A program made the position numbers and the translations under genes. A stretch of 64,000 nucleotides of DNA from assembly GCA_039621445.1 (NCBI GenBank), contig CP154954.1:21774954-21838953 (forward strand). The letters are read 5' to 3'. The notes under the pieces are model-generated. The model made no database searches and was not told the origin of the DNA. It saw only the letters and a list, made by a program, of their open reading frames with translations. The DNA comes from Euglena gracilis. Taxonomy: Eukaryota. Shown here piece by piece: positions 1 to 11,892 of the stretch (within the stretch, counting starts at the first letter, position 1; every line of letters starts with the position of its first letter).

Positions 1-789
1 TATCTGTTCGGTGGGGGGTGGGTCCAGCTGCGGTCTTCCAGCCCCCCCCCCCAGGCAAAGCGGTCAGGCTCCGGCCGGGGACGAATTTTTATAAAAATCT
101 GGTGAAGGCTGGGTTTCGGTTAAAAATAAGGCTGGGTCAAGACAATGTTTTTTTTTGTATTTTTGTATTTTTTTTCTGGAAGTTAGGCTGGTTTGTGCGA
201 GGTCAGGAGCTGTGGAGGGTCCTCGCCCCCCCCCCCCAGGCCGGTGGCCCGGGATCGGCCAGGTCTGCGTTTTTGGGTCAAAGTCAGGTTCCCCTTCCAC
301 CGTTTGCCCAGTTTTGGCTGGCTGCTACGGTTGGGGTTGGGGGCTGTGATTTTTTTTTTTACAGGTAGGCTGGCCAAGTCCAGGGGGGAAGGTTCGTTCT
401 CCTCGGGGGGGTTCCAACCCACAACAACAACGATGAAGAATTGAAGAATGGATTGATTGGCAGAAGAGTGGCACTTGAGGTCAGTGAATTCGGGTTGGGT
501 CGGGTCTTGTTCAGGTCCGTTGGGCTGGTTCGAGTTGGGCTGGCCAGCGGTTCAGGTTCAGGTGGGCTGGCCAGGGGGGGGGGGGGCTGACCAAGCCCGT
601 TTTGTCGACTTGAGTCGGGCAGGTTTTGTCACAGGCGTGTAAGCTCAAGTCAGTCGAGGTTGGTATGGGTGGTAGGGTTGGGGTTGGCTTTGGGGTCGTT
701 CGGGGTGTCGACGTGACGGTGTCTGTGAGGAGGCCCAGGGGTATGTGACATGTGTCACTCCATCCCATCAAGCAACTGTCTCACATCCA

Positions 790-2074
790 CGGCGAAGTCT
801 TGTTCTTTGCAGTATTGGAACACATCTTTGTTTGTTCGGAGTAAGAAGTGGTTCAGGGTTCCCACTGAGTATCAGATGGATCCCAGTTTTTCAACTGAAT
901 CAAAAATTGAAGTTTTCCGTCTTTTCTGCGGTGGTTCAGTACTTTTTCAACCTCCCACTCGTCCGGTCCGACCTCCAACTCCTGTGCCTTGCCCGACCAA
1001 AAGTTGAGGGGGACAGGGGTTGTGTTGTAGAGGTCCTTCGCGTGGGGTTTGAGTTGTGAGCGGTGGGCAGGTTGTCGGTTTCCCGGTCGAAGTTCCACCA
1101 CGTAGGAGTGCTTTCCCACTCGTTCCAACACCACTGCAGGTCCTTTCCACTTCGGTTCGAGTTTTTCGGCCCCAGGTTGTCTTTCGGGTTGATACCAGAC
1201 TTTCGAGCCGATTTTCAAGGCAGGTGGTTCTCTGCGTTTTTGGTTCACCGTTTCAGTCCGTTCACGCTGTTTTTCGTTCAGGACCAGACTCACCCTCTGG
1301 TCTTGTTCCTTCATCCTTTCCAAGAACGCTGTGGCCCCTTCCACTGCCCTTTGTGGTTGGTATGGTAATCCCGCCAACGGTCTGTGCCTGCCAAACACAA
1401 TTTCGTACCGTGGCAATCCCATTTCACCTGGGACGTCGTGTAGGGCACTCAAGGCGTTCGGTAGGAGTTCAACCCAGGGTACCCTTTTTCAGCAGCCAGT
1501 TTTGCAAGTTTTCGGAGGACTTGTTGACCTGCTACCTCAGCCCGTGCGTTGGCTTGGTGGTGGTATGCCTGCCCGTATGCCACACGGACCCCGTGGGCAG
1601 CGCACAGTGTATTCCACCAACCGGCTGTGAAATGGGAGCCCCGGTCGGAGTCCACCACCAAGGGTGTCCCAAAATTCCCTACTGTTTGTACATCTCCTTT
1701 CCGACCTTTTCTGCTGTGAGTCCCTTCGCCAGGTGGGGGGTTGCAACCAACCACCCACTTAGCCTGTCCACACACAACGCCAACGTGTCGTATTTCTTCC
1801 CTTCAAAGGTCTTTTCATGTAGTGAGAGCAAATCGATGGCAACACTGTCCGTCAGGTGTGCAGGAATCGGTTTCGGTTCAATGGGGCACTTGCATGGTAG
1901 GTGGCTGGGTTCTGTTGCTTTGCAGGTTTCACACACGGTCATAATTTTGCCTGTCAGTTTCTTTGCATCCCGGTGGTCCGCAAACGCAAACCACCTTCCC
2001 ATCTGGTCCCACAGTCGGGCTGACCCTGGGTGCCCGGCTGTTTTGTGATGTTCTCGAATTACGTTTCCAGTCAA
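790..2074 (-). pseudogene. Retroelement integrase plus C-terminal chromodomain (frameshifted)
   Basis: HHKTAGHPG...CETC (HHCC); AIDLL, VDSDRGSHF and HQANARAE (D,D-35-E); KWKGPAVV (GPY/F module); WEVEKVLNHRRKDGKLQFLIQLKNWDPSDTQWEP (chromodomain), spread over ORFs 1679-2074, 1449-1775 and 853-1452. Confidence 0.93.
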
Positions 2075-2494
2075 TCCACTTGGTACACACAGGACACCGT
2101 TTTTTGTAGAGCCTGCCTTTGTCGAATCGGTACCCGTCAGGCCAGTTTTTCAACCCCGTTTCCTTCAGGTCCTTGAGCACAGGTCCCCACCTTGGGCCAC
2201 TTTCGTACTCGTTCTTCCAGTCCCTGTCCATCACCTCTTTCGGTTCCCCCTGTTGAAGCTCCGGGGCGTGCACTCCCCGTGATGGAGGTCCAACGGGTGT
2301 CCCCGTTGAGGATGACGCACCTTGCGCGTCCTGTTGTTTTGTTGAGTCTGTTGTTGTTAGGGGTTCCACAGGGTCCTCTTCCAGGGGTCTTCGCCTTGGT
2401 GGGTCTTACTCAGTGGATGGTCCCTCGGCCGTGTTTGGTTTTTCTGGGGTTTTTTTTTTGGTTGGTCTGGTCGGATCAGGTTTCCTGCCTCATC

Positions 2495-3073
2495 CGTGGT
2501 CTCGAGAGAAGGAGACCTACGCAGTTATCCTGGCCCTGCAACAATGGGCTTCCTGGATAGGAATGCAACCGGTACTGGTGTTGACGGACCACAAATCCAT
2601 TGAGGCATGTGCAACGGAGGCACTGGACACCCCCAGTGGACAAGCTGGACGTAGGGCTAGGTGGCACGAACTGCTTTCGCGTTTCGACATAACCGTAGCA
2701 TGCGTACCTGGCAAAGACAACACGGTCGCCGATGCCTTGAGTAGGTGGGCCTACCCCGCCTCACAGGCATTCGCCGACGTGAGTATCCACGGCAGTGAGG
2801 AGGACGACCGACTCATGAAAGACATCATCAAACAGGAGGTAAAGGAACAGAAAACTTGTATGGTGATCAACGTGGCAGACCTGACACAGGCACAAAAACA
2901 GCTTCGAGAACCCGTCACTGTGGCCGTCACAACAAGGGCGGGAGCCAAAACGGGTGAAGATTCCCCCACAGTGCCTGGTTCAACGGAAAAAGGTGACACC
3001 CGTCAAAAAAATTCAAAAACACCTCAAAAACCTGCAAAACCGACAAAGAAATGGGTTGTGATAGGAGACCACG
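2495..3073 (+). pseudogene. Inverted C-terminal half of the retroelement RNase H plus linker
   Basis: Plus-strand REKETYAVILALQQW...VLTDHKS...ARWHELLSRFDITVACVPGKDNTVADALSR continues the minus-strand GQVRSWSP. Bounded by the 9-bp inverted repeat CGTGGTCTC (2495-2503) / GAGACCACG (3065-3073). Confidence 0.9.
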
Positions 3074-3458
3074 AGCGAACCTGCCCAGGTGTCAGTTTTC
3101 GTGAACAGAAAGCTACAGGTACTGTTTTTTTGGTCATGGCTGTTGTCGGGTCTGGTTTTTCTGCAGTGTCCTCCGCAAGTTGTTCCAGAGCCGCACCTAC
3201 GGCTCTGCCACTTGCATCCACCCTGAGTATGAACGGTTTGTCTGGGTTCACCGTTTGCAGTTTTCAGGCTTCCCAGCAGTTTTTATTTGATGGTCTGGAA
3301 GGCTGTTCTTTCCTTTTCACCGAAAAGCACAGGTGTCAGGCTTCCTTTCTTTCCTTGTCCCTTTTTCACTTTCAGTTTTTCCATTAGGTCTGCAGCCAAT
3401 TCCGCGTACCCTGGGACATATGAGGCATAGTAGTCTGTGAATCACAGGAATGCCCGCA

Positions 3459-3471
3459 NNNNNNNNNNNNN
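3459..3471. other. Assembly gap (13 N)
   Basis: Run of N. Confidence 1.
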
Positions 3472-3776
3472 TGCAACGTCAAATTGAAATGATTGGGATA
3501 TTTTTGACCATGCACGTCAAAGTCGCAATTGAAGACAAGCAGGAATTCACCCACGAAGGTGATGTGTGAGCGCGTTCCGCTGGTTAATGACACAGAGTGG
3601 GAACGTTATATCACTCTGCTTTCCCAACAACCTCCACCATCTTCCACAGCTGGTCACATCAGCTTGTGGATGTCACAAACTTACCATTCCTTTGTTGGTT
3701 TGGAATGAAATGTGGGGTGGTTGTGCATCTCTTGCCAAAGTGGGGTCAGCCATTCTTTTGGAACGTGTGGCAGAAT

Positions 3777-4066
3777 CAGGCTTCTTTTTAAGTCACCTGA
3801 CCCCCCCCCCCCCCGGGGGAGGGGAGGTGGGAGGGGGGGTGCGGGCCCGCCCCCCCCCCCCGGGGGGGGGGGGGGGGTCCCGCGCCGGAGGCGCTGGGTA
3901 TACCTTTGCGCAGCGCCGAAAATTTTTTGAAAATTGCCTTTAACGGGCCCGATTTTGGGGGGGTCCCCGCCCCCCCCCCCCCCCCCCCGGGGGGGCCCCG
4001 CGCCACCCTGGGTGGGTGGGGGGGGACCCCCCCCCTCCCCCCCCGGGGGTCTTAAAAAGAAGCCTG
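3777..4066. mobile_element. hAT-type MITE, family A
   Basis: 16-bp perfect TIR CAGGCTTCTTTTTAAG / CTTAAAAAGAAGCCTG; 8-bp TSD GGCAGAAT at 3769-3776 and 4067-4074. Confidence 0.95.
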
Positions 4067-4675
4067 GGCAGAATCACCGCTGGTGAGAAGGGGGCCATTG
4101 TGGTTCCAACATTTGGGTCGTGAGCAACGGTTTGGTTCCGCATCGCTGATTTCCCCACGCTTGCACCCGTTGCCTTGGCCCATCTGCAGGCCCCACGTTC
4201 ATCTGCTCAAATAGAGCGATATTTCTCACTGCTCGGTCACACAAAAGGCTGGTACGAATGAGGATGCAAATGATTGAATTTTTCGATACCGTCAAAAATT
4301 GTTTTTCATACCAGCTTTTTTGCCATTCAAACATCGGATCGTTTGAATATGTCTGATACGACGCTCACCTCTTTAGCCTTTATTTACATGAACAAGAGCT
4401 TGTATGACATCTCTGCGTGAAGAGCCGCACATTGACCTTTGCATTTTTGTTTTGTGCTCTGATGGCTCAGCTTATGGGGCACTTCCTTTTGATCTTGGCG
4501 AGACAATTCAGAAAATCATTGCATCCCTTCACATTTTTTTCTGTGACGGATACCCCCACCTATGGCCGACTATTTGCCGACCAGGGCCGACCAGGGCCGA
4601 CCAGAGCACCAAAATGGGATAGGTGCCCGTTCCCGTGTCGCCCCAGCCAACCCCAGCCAGCCCCGCTGCCCCCAG

Positions 4676-4893
4676 GACCTGAAGGAGCTGAAGGACAGCG
4701 GCAAGGACGGCTCCTTCGGCCACAAGCCGCCCCTCCTCCCCGTCGAGCAGCAGTCGGACTACCTCCTCATCGAGGACCCCCTCGTGGTCGCCCACGCGCT
4801 GCTGATGGAGGCCGCCGCCCGCTCCTGCGGCGAGAACGTGTCGGTAGTGCTGCTGTGCTTCGCCGGGGCTCCCAGGCCCCTCCAGAGCTCCAA
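4676..4893 (+). CDS. Exon encoding the C-terminal part of a PP2C/PPM-like phosphatase domain
   Basis: CAG acceptor at 4673-4675; GC3-rich codons; DPLVVAHALLMEAAARSCGENVSVVLLCF resembles the PP2C terminal helix and GSxDNxTVxVV motif. The 3' boundary is approximate and upstream exons were not found. Confidence 0.7.
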
Positions 4894-5206
4894 GTTCAGG
4901 AGGGGTTGGTTTGGGCCCAATGTAGGTATGGTTTTCTGGCATGTGTGTGTGTGTGTGTGTGCATGTCTGTTTTCTGTGTCTGTTTATGCGTGGGTGGCTC
5001 GGTGGGTGGGTGGGTTGACGTAGCTGTGAGTGTGCGTGTGGGTGTGGGTGTGGGTGTGCACGTGTTTGCAACAGCGTCCAATGCACTGTCTTGTTGAAGA
5101 GGGTTCTGCCTCCATCCAGCGATGCCCCACAGGCACCGTGATCCTGCATGACACTGACCTCCCCCTCCAAGCCAGCAAGGCAAACAGAAAAGGGCGAGCC
5201 ACACAT

Positions 5207-5684
5207 CATACATCTCTCTAAGGTTTTGCGAACCCCCTCCGGGGGGGGGCGGCTGCAGCCAGCCCCGATTTGGGCCCAGCCCAGCCGCAGCAGCACCCCC
5301 CCCCCCCCGGGGAGGGGGGTGCTGCTAGCCCTGCTAGCCAGCCCCTTTTTGGGGGGTCCAGCCCAAAATTTTTCGGCGCAAAGCGCCGAAATTTTTTGGA
5401 AAATTGTGTTCAAAAGTGGCCAAAAATGGGGTTTGGGGGGCGTTTGGGGCATTTTTGGGGGGTTTCAGATGCATCATTTTTTCAAAACTGTGCCTTGCAG
5501 GTCATTTTTGGGCATTTTTCCGATTTCAGTCCAGCTCGCCCCGGTTCGGGTCCAGCCGGGGTCCAGCCCCCCCCCCCCCCCCCCCCGGGGGGGGGCGGGC
5601 TAGCCAGCCCAAATTTCTAGCCAGCCCAAATTTCTAGCCCTAGCCCAGCAACCCCCCCCCCCGGGGTCCTTAAAGAGATGTATG
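5207..5684. mobile_element. hAT-type MITE, family D
   Basis: TIR CATACATCTCTCTAAGG / CCTTAAAGAGATGTATG (1 mismatch); TSD CCACACAT at 5199-5206 and 5685-5692. Confidence 0.93.
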
Positions 5685-5779
5685 CCACACATTTCCTGTC
5701 CCTGAGGATTGCAAATGCCGTCAACCTCCCCAGCCAATACTCTCTTTCATTTCCGATCCCAGCCCATGACCACCGTCCC

Positions 5780-5992
5780 CAGGGCAGAACGGGAATTGGC
5801 CAAACAGCCAGGGTGGTGGGGGGGGGTCGACCACCCCCACCACCTCCTGTAACTCCGGGAGCACCAATTGTCGGCCCCAGAATATTTTCCCGGCGCCTTT
5901 GGCGCCGGGTGGATTTGTTAAAAAAAATCTGTGAAAATGCTGTGGTGGGTGGGGGGTCGACTCCCCCCACCAGGCCTTCCCGTTCTGCCCTG
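5780..5992. mobile_element. hAT-type MITE, family E
   Basis: 16-bp perfect TIR CAGGGCAGAACGGGAA / TTCCCGTTCTGCCCTG; TSD ACCGTCCC at 5772-5779 and 5993-6000. Confidence 0.95.
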
Positions 5993-7580
5993 ACCGTCCC
6001 TGATCCGCCCCCTCCGCCGTTCGACCTAGCTCGCACATCCAACGTATTGCCCGCTGTCCCTCCTCTCCAGTGGCCCCGTGGCTCCTCCACCGCCTCCCGG
6101 GCCACGGGTGGGTGAGGCGCCTCCACAAGGCTGACCCATCCCCACCTCCCGCTCGGACATCGCCACCCTTGCCCCCGACTCCTGCGATCGGCCTCCCCCT
6201 CTGCTCACCCGGTCCCCTCCGCCCATCTCCCAGCGATCGTTTCTTTCCCTCCCCTCCCTGCCAAGTTCAGCTTCGTTTGTGGGTCACAGTGCCCCCGATT
6301 CTCACCCGTTTGGGAGCACTTGACAGGACTGCATTGCCTCACCCTCTGCGGAAGCTCCCATCGCCCAGAGTGGTGTCTTTTTTGTCTTTCTTTGTGTGTG
6401 AGCTCATTAGTTTCTGTTCATGGAAGTGACTTTGTGGCGGCAACACAGGGAGGGATGGTCCAACCAGATGTCTTTAGAACGCAGAAGACTGGGAAAGGGG
6501 GTGGGCAGGGCCAGGGCCAGACACCCCTGGGGGTTCCGGCGTGAGGGATCGGAAAATGTATGGGGAAATTTTTCACTCGGCCCAGCTTTTTGGACTGTCC
6601 CCCTTATGGAGTTATGGAGTTTCCAACGGGTGGTGTCCACCCCCCTTTTGCCAAAATTTTTGTCAGCGAGTTAATTTTGTCAGCCCTTAGAGGGTTTCAC
6701 CACCCAAAGCCCACAACAAACTTTTGTTGTGTTTGATTGTGTGGGCAGCTTTGCCAGCGCATTCTTTCGAAAAATGCCATGGGCTGATACAGGGGGGGTT
6801 TCTGGGGGGTTTCAAACTTCCTCCCACATTGTGAATTGCCAAACTTCTCTCTGAACCAAAATGGGCTTTTTTTGTCCTCAGCAAAACCCATTTTTTTCAT
6901 GCAGTTCTGGCTAAATTCACACCCCTGTGGACTGTGGAGAGCCAACAATGTCCAACAAACTCTGGGTCTTTTACGCAATTCCTCTGGGGAGTGCTTTCCA
7001 AAGGCACAGGGCATTGGCCTAATTTCTTTAGACTCCCCAAAACTGGCATTACGTTGAACATTCACATTCCAACGCTTTTTGAAAGGCGCCAAATGAGAAG
7101 AGAACCTCAGGGTATTGAAACCAGGTAACAACAAAGATATGCTATACAGAATGCAGAGTCGTAAGACCCATGGTTCTCGGACCCTCTGGAGGTAGTTCAA
7201 ATGGGCCCAACTGCTTGGTTGGTTTTGCCTGAATTACGGCCGCCAAAAACAACATTGGGCACCGTTTGGCGAGCAGGACAATTCATCCACAGAGGGACCG
7301 ACGACCATGTGGTGGGCAACCTCCTGGTGTGAAGATATGGTCCTCTGGTCCAAAGCACCCCGACTGCCCATTCCACACAAATGATCGAGTTCTGCACATC
7401 AAGCACACTGCTTGATCAAAACAATGCATACTCCTCTGCATCGGACCCCATCTCAACACACACCCACACAGACACACACACACACTCACACAAACACACA
7501 CGCCCGCACACCCACCCTTGCGTATTAGCAAGAGGACATTGTCAGCGATCACAAGTGAAATTGGATGAACGCAGGAAGGG

Positions 7581-8423
7581 CAGGGTGGTCCTTAAAAAAA
7601 ACTTCCCATCCCAGCACATTCAATGAGAAATTCATAGGAAAAATGGACGAAAAAATGGCCATATTTTGACAAAAATGGGTCCACTTTGGGGAAAAAAGTG
7701 AATTCTGGCATCCTTGTACCATCGCCCATCCGACCAAGATGTCAAAAAATGTGTTTTTGACTTTAAAATGGTTCCTTCCCCCCGTTCGATCTCCGGATCG
7801 GTCCTCGGCCGTTCCTTGGCCTAAGGGCGGTCTTTAAGGAGCGGTCCTTCAGGAAAAAAAAACTTCCCGCATGGGGGGGGAATGCAACATGGACCCTCAA
7901 GAAACACGGCGCAAACAAACACAAAAAAAACAACGCAAAAAAACAACAACGCAAAAACACACAAAAAAACACTTAAAAAAACACTAAAAAAACGCAAATA
8001 ACATGGAAAATCCTACAGGAGCTCCCCCGGGATGCACACTTTTCCACTGAGAGGACTTAGAAAATTTTTTAGGCTCTGTCAGGGAAATTATCCATTTTTG
8101 CATTAAAATAAGCATTAGAAAATTTTTCGGTTTTGTCAGGTAAATTTTTCCATCTTTGCATAAAAGTAAGCATTTTGATGACCAAAAATGCAAAATGACA
8201 AAAAATTGGCAAACGTTTGGTCTCGGGGGAAAATGCCAAAAATTCAATCCTCAGAAAAAATCCAAAAATCGCTGGGGAAAAAAGCACAAACAAAACACAA
8301 GAAAACGCAACAAAAGGGGATAACCCGCAAATTTTGCCAAATCGAGAAACACAGAAAAAAAACAAAAAAAACAAATTTGCTTCCCCCCCCCCCCGCTTCC
8401 CGTCTCTCTCATGGACCGCCCCG
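7581..8423. mobile_element. hAT-type MITE, family F
   Basis: TIR CAGGGTGGTCC / GGACCGCCCCG; TSD AGGAAGGG at 7573-7580 and 8424-8431. Related pieces at 32016-32215 and, inverted, ~37740-37868. Confidence 0.88.
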
Positions 8424-9146
8424 AGGAAGGGTCAAAACCCAGGACCAAGAACACTTATGTTGTTGACACTATCTGTCCACACAAATGGGCTGTTTGAAAA
8501 AAGGGCGCTGTGCAGAATATTTTGGGCTTTTTTTTATTTTACTCACAACTCAACCAACTCCCTCTTCAAATCACAGCAAGGCACCGTTCACGTCACACAA
8601 CGAGTTCAACTCAGTTGGCCAACGCCTCGAAAATGGGGGGGGGGCAATCTGTCCACATATACATTTCATTCAATTTCAACTCATTTAGAAAAATCCTCTC
8701 AAAATGGCCAAAAACACCTTCAGCATGGTGTCACAGGAACAACGCCGACCCTGGCGTTTTTTTTTAGGATAGGCTCACAGATTGCTCGGGGGTTCATAGC
8801 TGTTGCTCAGTGGATGCATGGGAAGCTCCATTGGTTTTGTCCCCTCCTCAGACGCCGGTCACTCTGCGACATGCTGTCCCACGATGCCCCACCCCCAGTG
8901 CTGCCCAGTCCAGCCAACGTCTGGGTGCAGTGGAAGGGTCCCAAGGCAGCCAAGACTGCACCCAGGCCGTACCTAAGACACGAGTGCATCTGCAGAAGGA
9001 TCAGAACACCCTTCCTTTGCATGTGTACATTTCTTTGCACACATGATATTTGTGTGTAGCACGTATGCATATAATAAATAAATATCCATATGTGTAGGTG
9101 TGTATGTGTATTTATGTTGATTTGTATGTTATGCATATGTTATATA

Positions 9147-9360
9147 TATACATACATACATACATACATACATACATACATACATACATACATACATACA
9201 TACATACATACATACATACATACATACATACATACATACATACATACATACATACATACATACATACATACATACATACATACATACATACATACATACA
9301 TACATACATACATACATACATACATACATACATACATACATACATACATACATACATACA
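9147..9360. repeat. (TACA)n microsatellite
   Basis: Pure tetranucleotide array. Confidence 0.99.
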
Positions 9361-10139
9361 TGACATATAGCATGATGTAATATAACATTTGTATGAACAT
9401 GCACATACAATTCTGTTGAGAATATTCGATGGCATGGGTTCTATTCTTCTTCAGAATCTGAATAACCCAAAGTCTCCCATAAATGCTCCGAAAGGAATCT
9501 ATCCAACTAAAAACGTTATCATCTGCATTGAATATATCATAAATGTCGCATTACGACGAGGCCTTATAAAAAGAAATATCTCCTTAAAGCCCCAAGCTAT
9601 CCACCCAAGCCCAAAAGTGCTTCTGAAAAAAACATTGTTGTTCGTAAAAAATGCATTGAATTCCATTATAAAAAACTTCTAACATTCTCCGCAGAGAGAG
9701 CTTATAAACTATCTTCCATTAAGAGAGTGCCAGTTTCTTTAAGACATTTCGGTGCTTTTAAAGCTTTTAGTCTGTTGAATTGTTTTTCAATGGCTTGGTA
9801 ATGAAAACCCCATCCAACCTTACCAAGCTTCCTCAAAGCATTTGTTACAGCAATACAGTGTTTCTCATCGTTGTCCACATAGGTTACCTTGGAACTTTGA
9901 AAGAAAGAAATGCGATAATAGAGTTGCTGGTTCCTCACCTTTATCACCTAAATCTGTGAACATGGCAGAGTTTTTATGGGCAGGTTGGAAATTTGTAAGT
10001 GTCGGGCAGCTTGGAGAGTGTATGGATTGAGAATGAAGAAGTTTGGAACCTATCTCTCCAGTGACAGGATCGAAGCATTTCCCAAAAATTAGGATCATTA
10101 CCCTGCTTTGAGGTTAAGATTAAAGCGGCAACCTGATGA

Positions 10140-10391
10140 CAGGCTTCTTTTTAAGTCAGAAGACTCCGGAGGGGGGGGGGTGGGTGGTTCCGGGCCGGAC
10201 CCCCCCCCACAGGGGGGGTCCCGCACTGGAGGTGTCGGGTATAACCTTTCGGCGCGAAGCGCCGAAAACTTTTGAAAATTGCCTAACGGGCCCGATTTTT
10301 GGGGTGGTCCCCCCGGGGGGGGTCCCGCACCACCCTGGGTGGGTGGGGGGGTACCCCCCCTCCCCCCACGGGGGTCTTAAAAAGAAGCCTG
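10140..10391. mobile_element. hAT-type MITE, family A
   Basis: Family A TIR; TSD CCTGATGA / CCTGACGA once the adjacent copy is removed. Confidence 0.92.
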
Positions 10392-10397
10392 CCTGAC

Positions 10398-10703
10398 CAG
10401 GCTTCTTTTTAAGTCACCTGACCCCCCCCCCCCCCGGGGGGGGGGGGTGGGTGCCCCCCCCCCCCCCCCCGGGGGGGGTGGGTGGGTGGGGGGGGGGGGG
10501 GGGGGAGGGGGGGCGGGCCCCCCCCCCCCGGGGGGGGTCCCGCGCCGGAGGCGCTGGGTATACCTTTTCGGCGCGAAGCGCCGAAAATTTTTGAAAATTG
10601 CCTTTAACGGGCCCGATTTTGGGGGGGTCCCCCCCCCGGGGGGGGGTCCCGCGCCACCCTGGGTGGGTGGGGGGGACCCCCGGGGGTCTTAAAAAGAAGC
10701 CCG
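10398..10703. mobile_element. hAT-type MITE, family A, inserted into the right TSD of the previous copy
   Basis: TIR CAGGCTTCTTTTTAAG / CTTAAAAAGAAGCCCG; TSD TGCCTGAC at 10390-10397 and 10704-10711. Confidence 0.93.
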
Positions 10704-10937
10704 TGCCTGACGATGCCCTAATGTGCTAAGAACCTCCTGCCATTCCTCCTCTGCAAGAAGCGTTTGCTGGTCTCCTTGTTCGTGTATCTTCTGTAAAAGG
10801 CTATTCTCGGAGCTCAAGGATCCATGAATGACTAAATTTTGGTAATCATCCTCAAAATTGCTAGAAGAAAGATGTTTTTGTGAGAACATTTTTTGCTGCT
10901 TGAGATCCTGTTGCTTGCATCGAAGCGTTTTCAAATA

Positions 10938-11892
10938 CCTCCCCCCCCTCCTTATCCAACGACCGGGCTTGTCTAACGACCACCCCCCCCCCCCTGGTCA
11001 GAGACGATCTTTTTGTATACGATGTTGGTTCGGCCAAAATTGCTAAAAGTTGGCTAAAAACAGTCAAAAATAACCCAAAATGACCTAAAATGGCCGAGGG
11101 ATGGCCAAAGGTGCCCAAAAAGTTGCCAAAAAATAGCAAAAATAGGCAAATATGGCTAAAAATAACCAAAAGCAGCCTAAAGTGGCCAAAAATGGGCAAA
11201 GGGGGGCAAAGTGTGGCCAACAGTTGCCAAAAGTGGCCAAAAGCGACCAAACATGGCGAAAAGCGGTCAAAAATGCCTAAAAACTCCCAAAAGCGCCCAA
11301 AAATGTCCAAAAATGGCCAAAAGTGGCCAACTGTAGTCAAGAAATAGCATAAATGGCCAAAAACAGCCCAAAAATAACCATATACCCCCATCTATGGTAA
11401 ATTTCCCTCCGATTTGGGGGCCACCCCGCTTGTCTAACGACCCCCCCCCCCCGGTTGGAGACGAACATTGGCCATTTTAGCGACTGCCCCCTGGTCAGAG
11501 ACGAACATTAACCCCCCCCCCCCACTTATAAACCCCCCCCACCTATAAACCCCCCCCACCTATAACCCCCCCCCTCGGGCCGACCAACCAAACCGTGACC
11601 TATAAATCCTTCGAGCAACGAAAATGAAAGCCGCTGGGGACGCTTCTTTCGGCTGCAAACCACCCAAAAACTATTTTTTAAGCATTTTTTCGTCACCTAC
11701 CATCATCAAAAATGCCATTTTTGACCAAATTTGCCAAAAATTGTCGGGGGGGGGGGGGGGGGGGGGGGCCTATAAACCCCCCACTTATAACCCCCCCCCT
11801 TCGGCCGACCAACCAAACCGGATGCATTAAACCCCCGGGGGTTTTATAGGTGGGGGGGGGTTCAGTGGTGGTTGGACAAGGGGGGGGGGAGG
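10938..11892. mobile_element. TA-flanked Tc1/mariner-pogo-type MITE with a nested second MITE (~11510-11862)
   Basis: TA|CCTCCCCCCCC…TCCAAC and GTTGGACAAG…GGGGAGG|TA termini; subterminal GTC(C/T)AACGACC and GGTCAGAG repeats. A similar nest lies at ~16740-17594. Confidence 0.8.

Larger units (their letters stand above)
790..3458 (-). mobile_element. pol: Degraded Ty3/gypsy LTR retrotransposon pol region (RT thumb - RNase H - integrase - chromodomain), truncated at the N gap
   Basis: Minus-strand order: LRAFL*FTDYYASYVPGYAELAA (RT thumb), PFILRVDASGRAVGAALEQ...PVAFCSRKL (RNase H), HHCC zinc motif, integrase core, then a chromodomain. Several frameshifts and stops. LTRs not identified. Confidence 0.95.

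Noticed and set aside
1-790. 3' LTR and polypurine tract of the gypsy element
   Set aside because: No TG…CA repeat pair can be verified; the 5' end lies beyond the N gap.
5096-5172. Adenylate-cyclase start (CPTGTVILHDTDL versus PTGxVxxVFTDI) after PP2C, as in fungal Cyr1
   Set aside because: The motif is degenerate, no further cyclase sequence follows, and the best-fitting splice sites give other frames that stop by ~5150.
10425-10540. Functional G-quadruplex clusters from long G and C runs
   Set aside because: The runs are part of MITE interiors throughout the window and homopolymer lengths are error-prone; no locus-specific evidence.
10861-11391. 176-aa FGHF/KWPK-rich ORF (similar at 38931-39453)
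   Set aside because: Translation of low-complexity TGGCCAAAA repeats inside MITEs.
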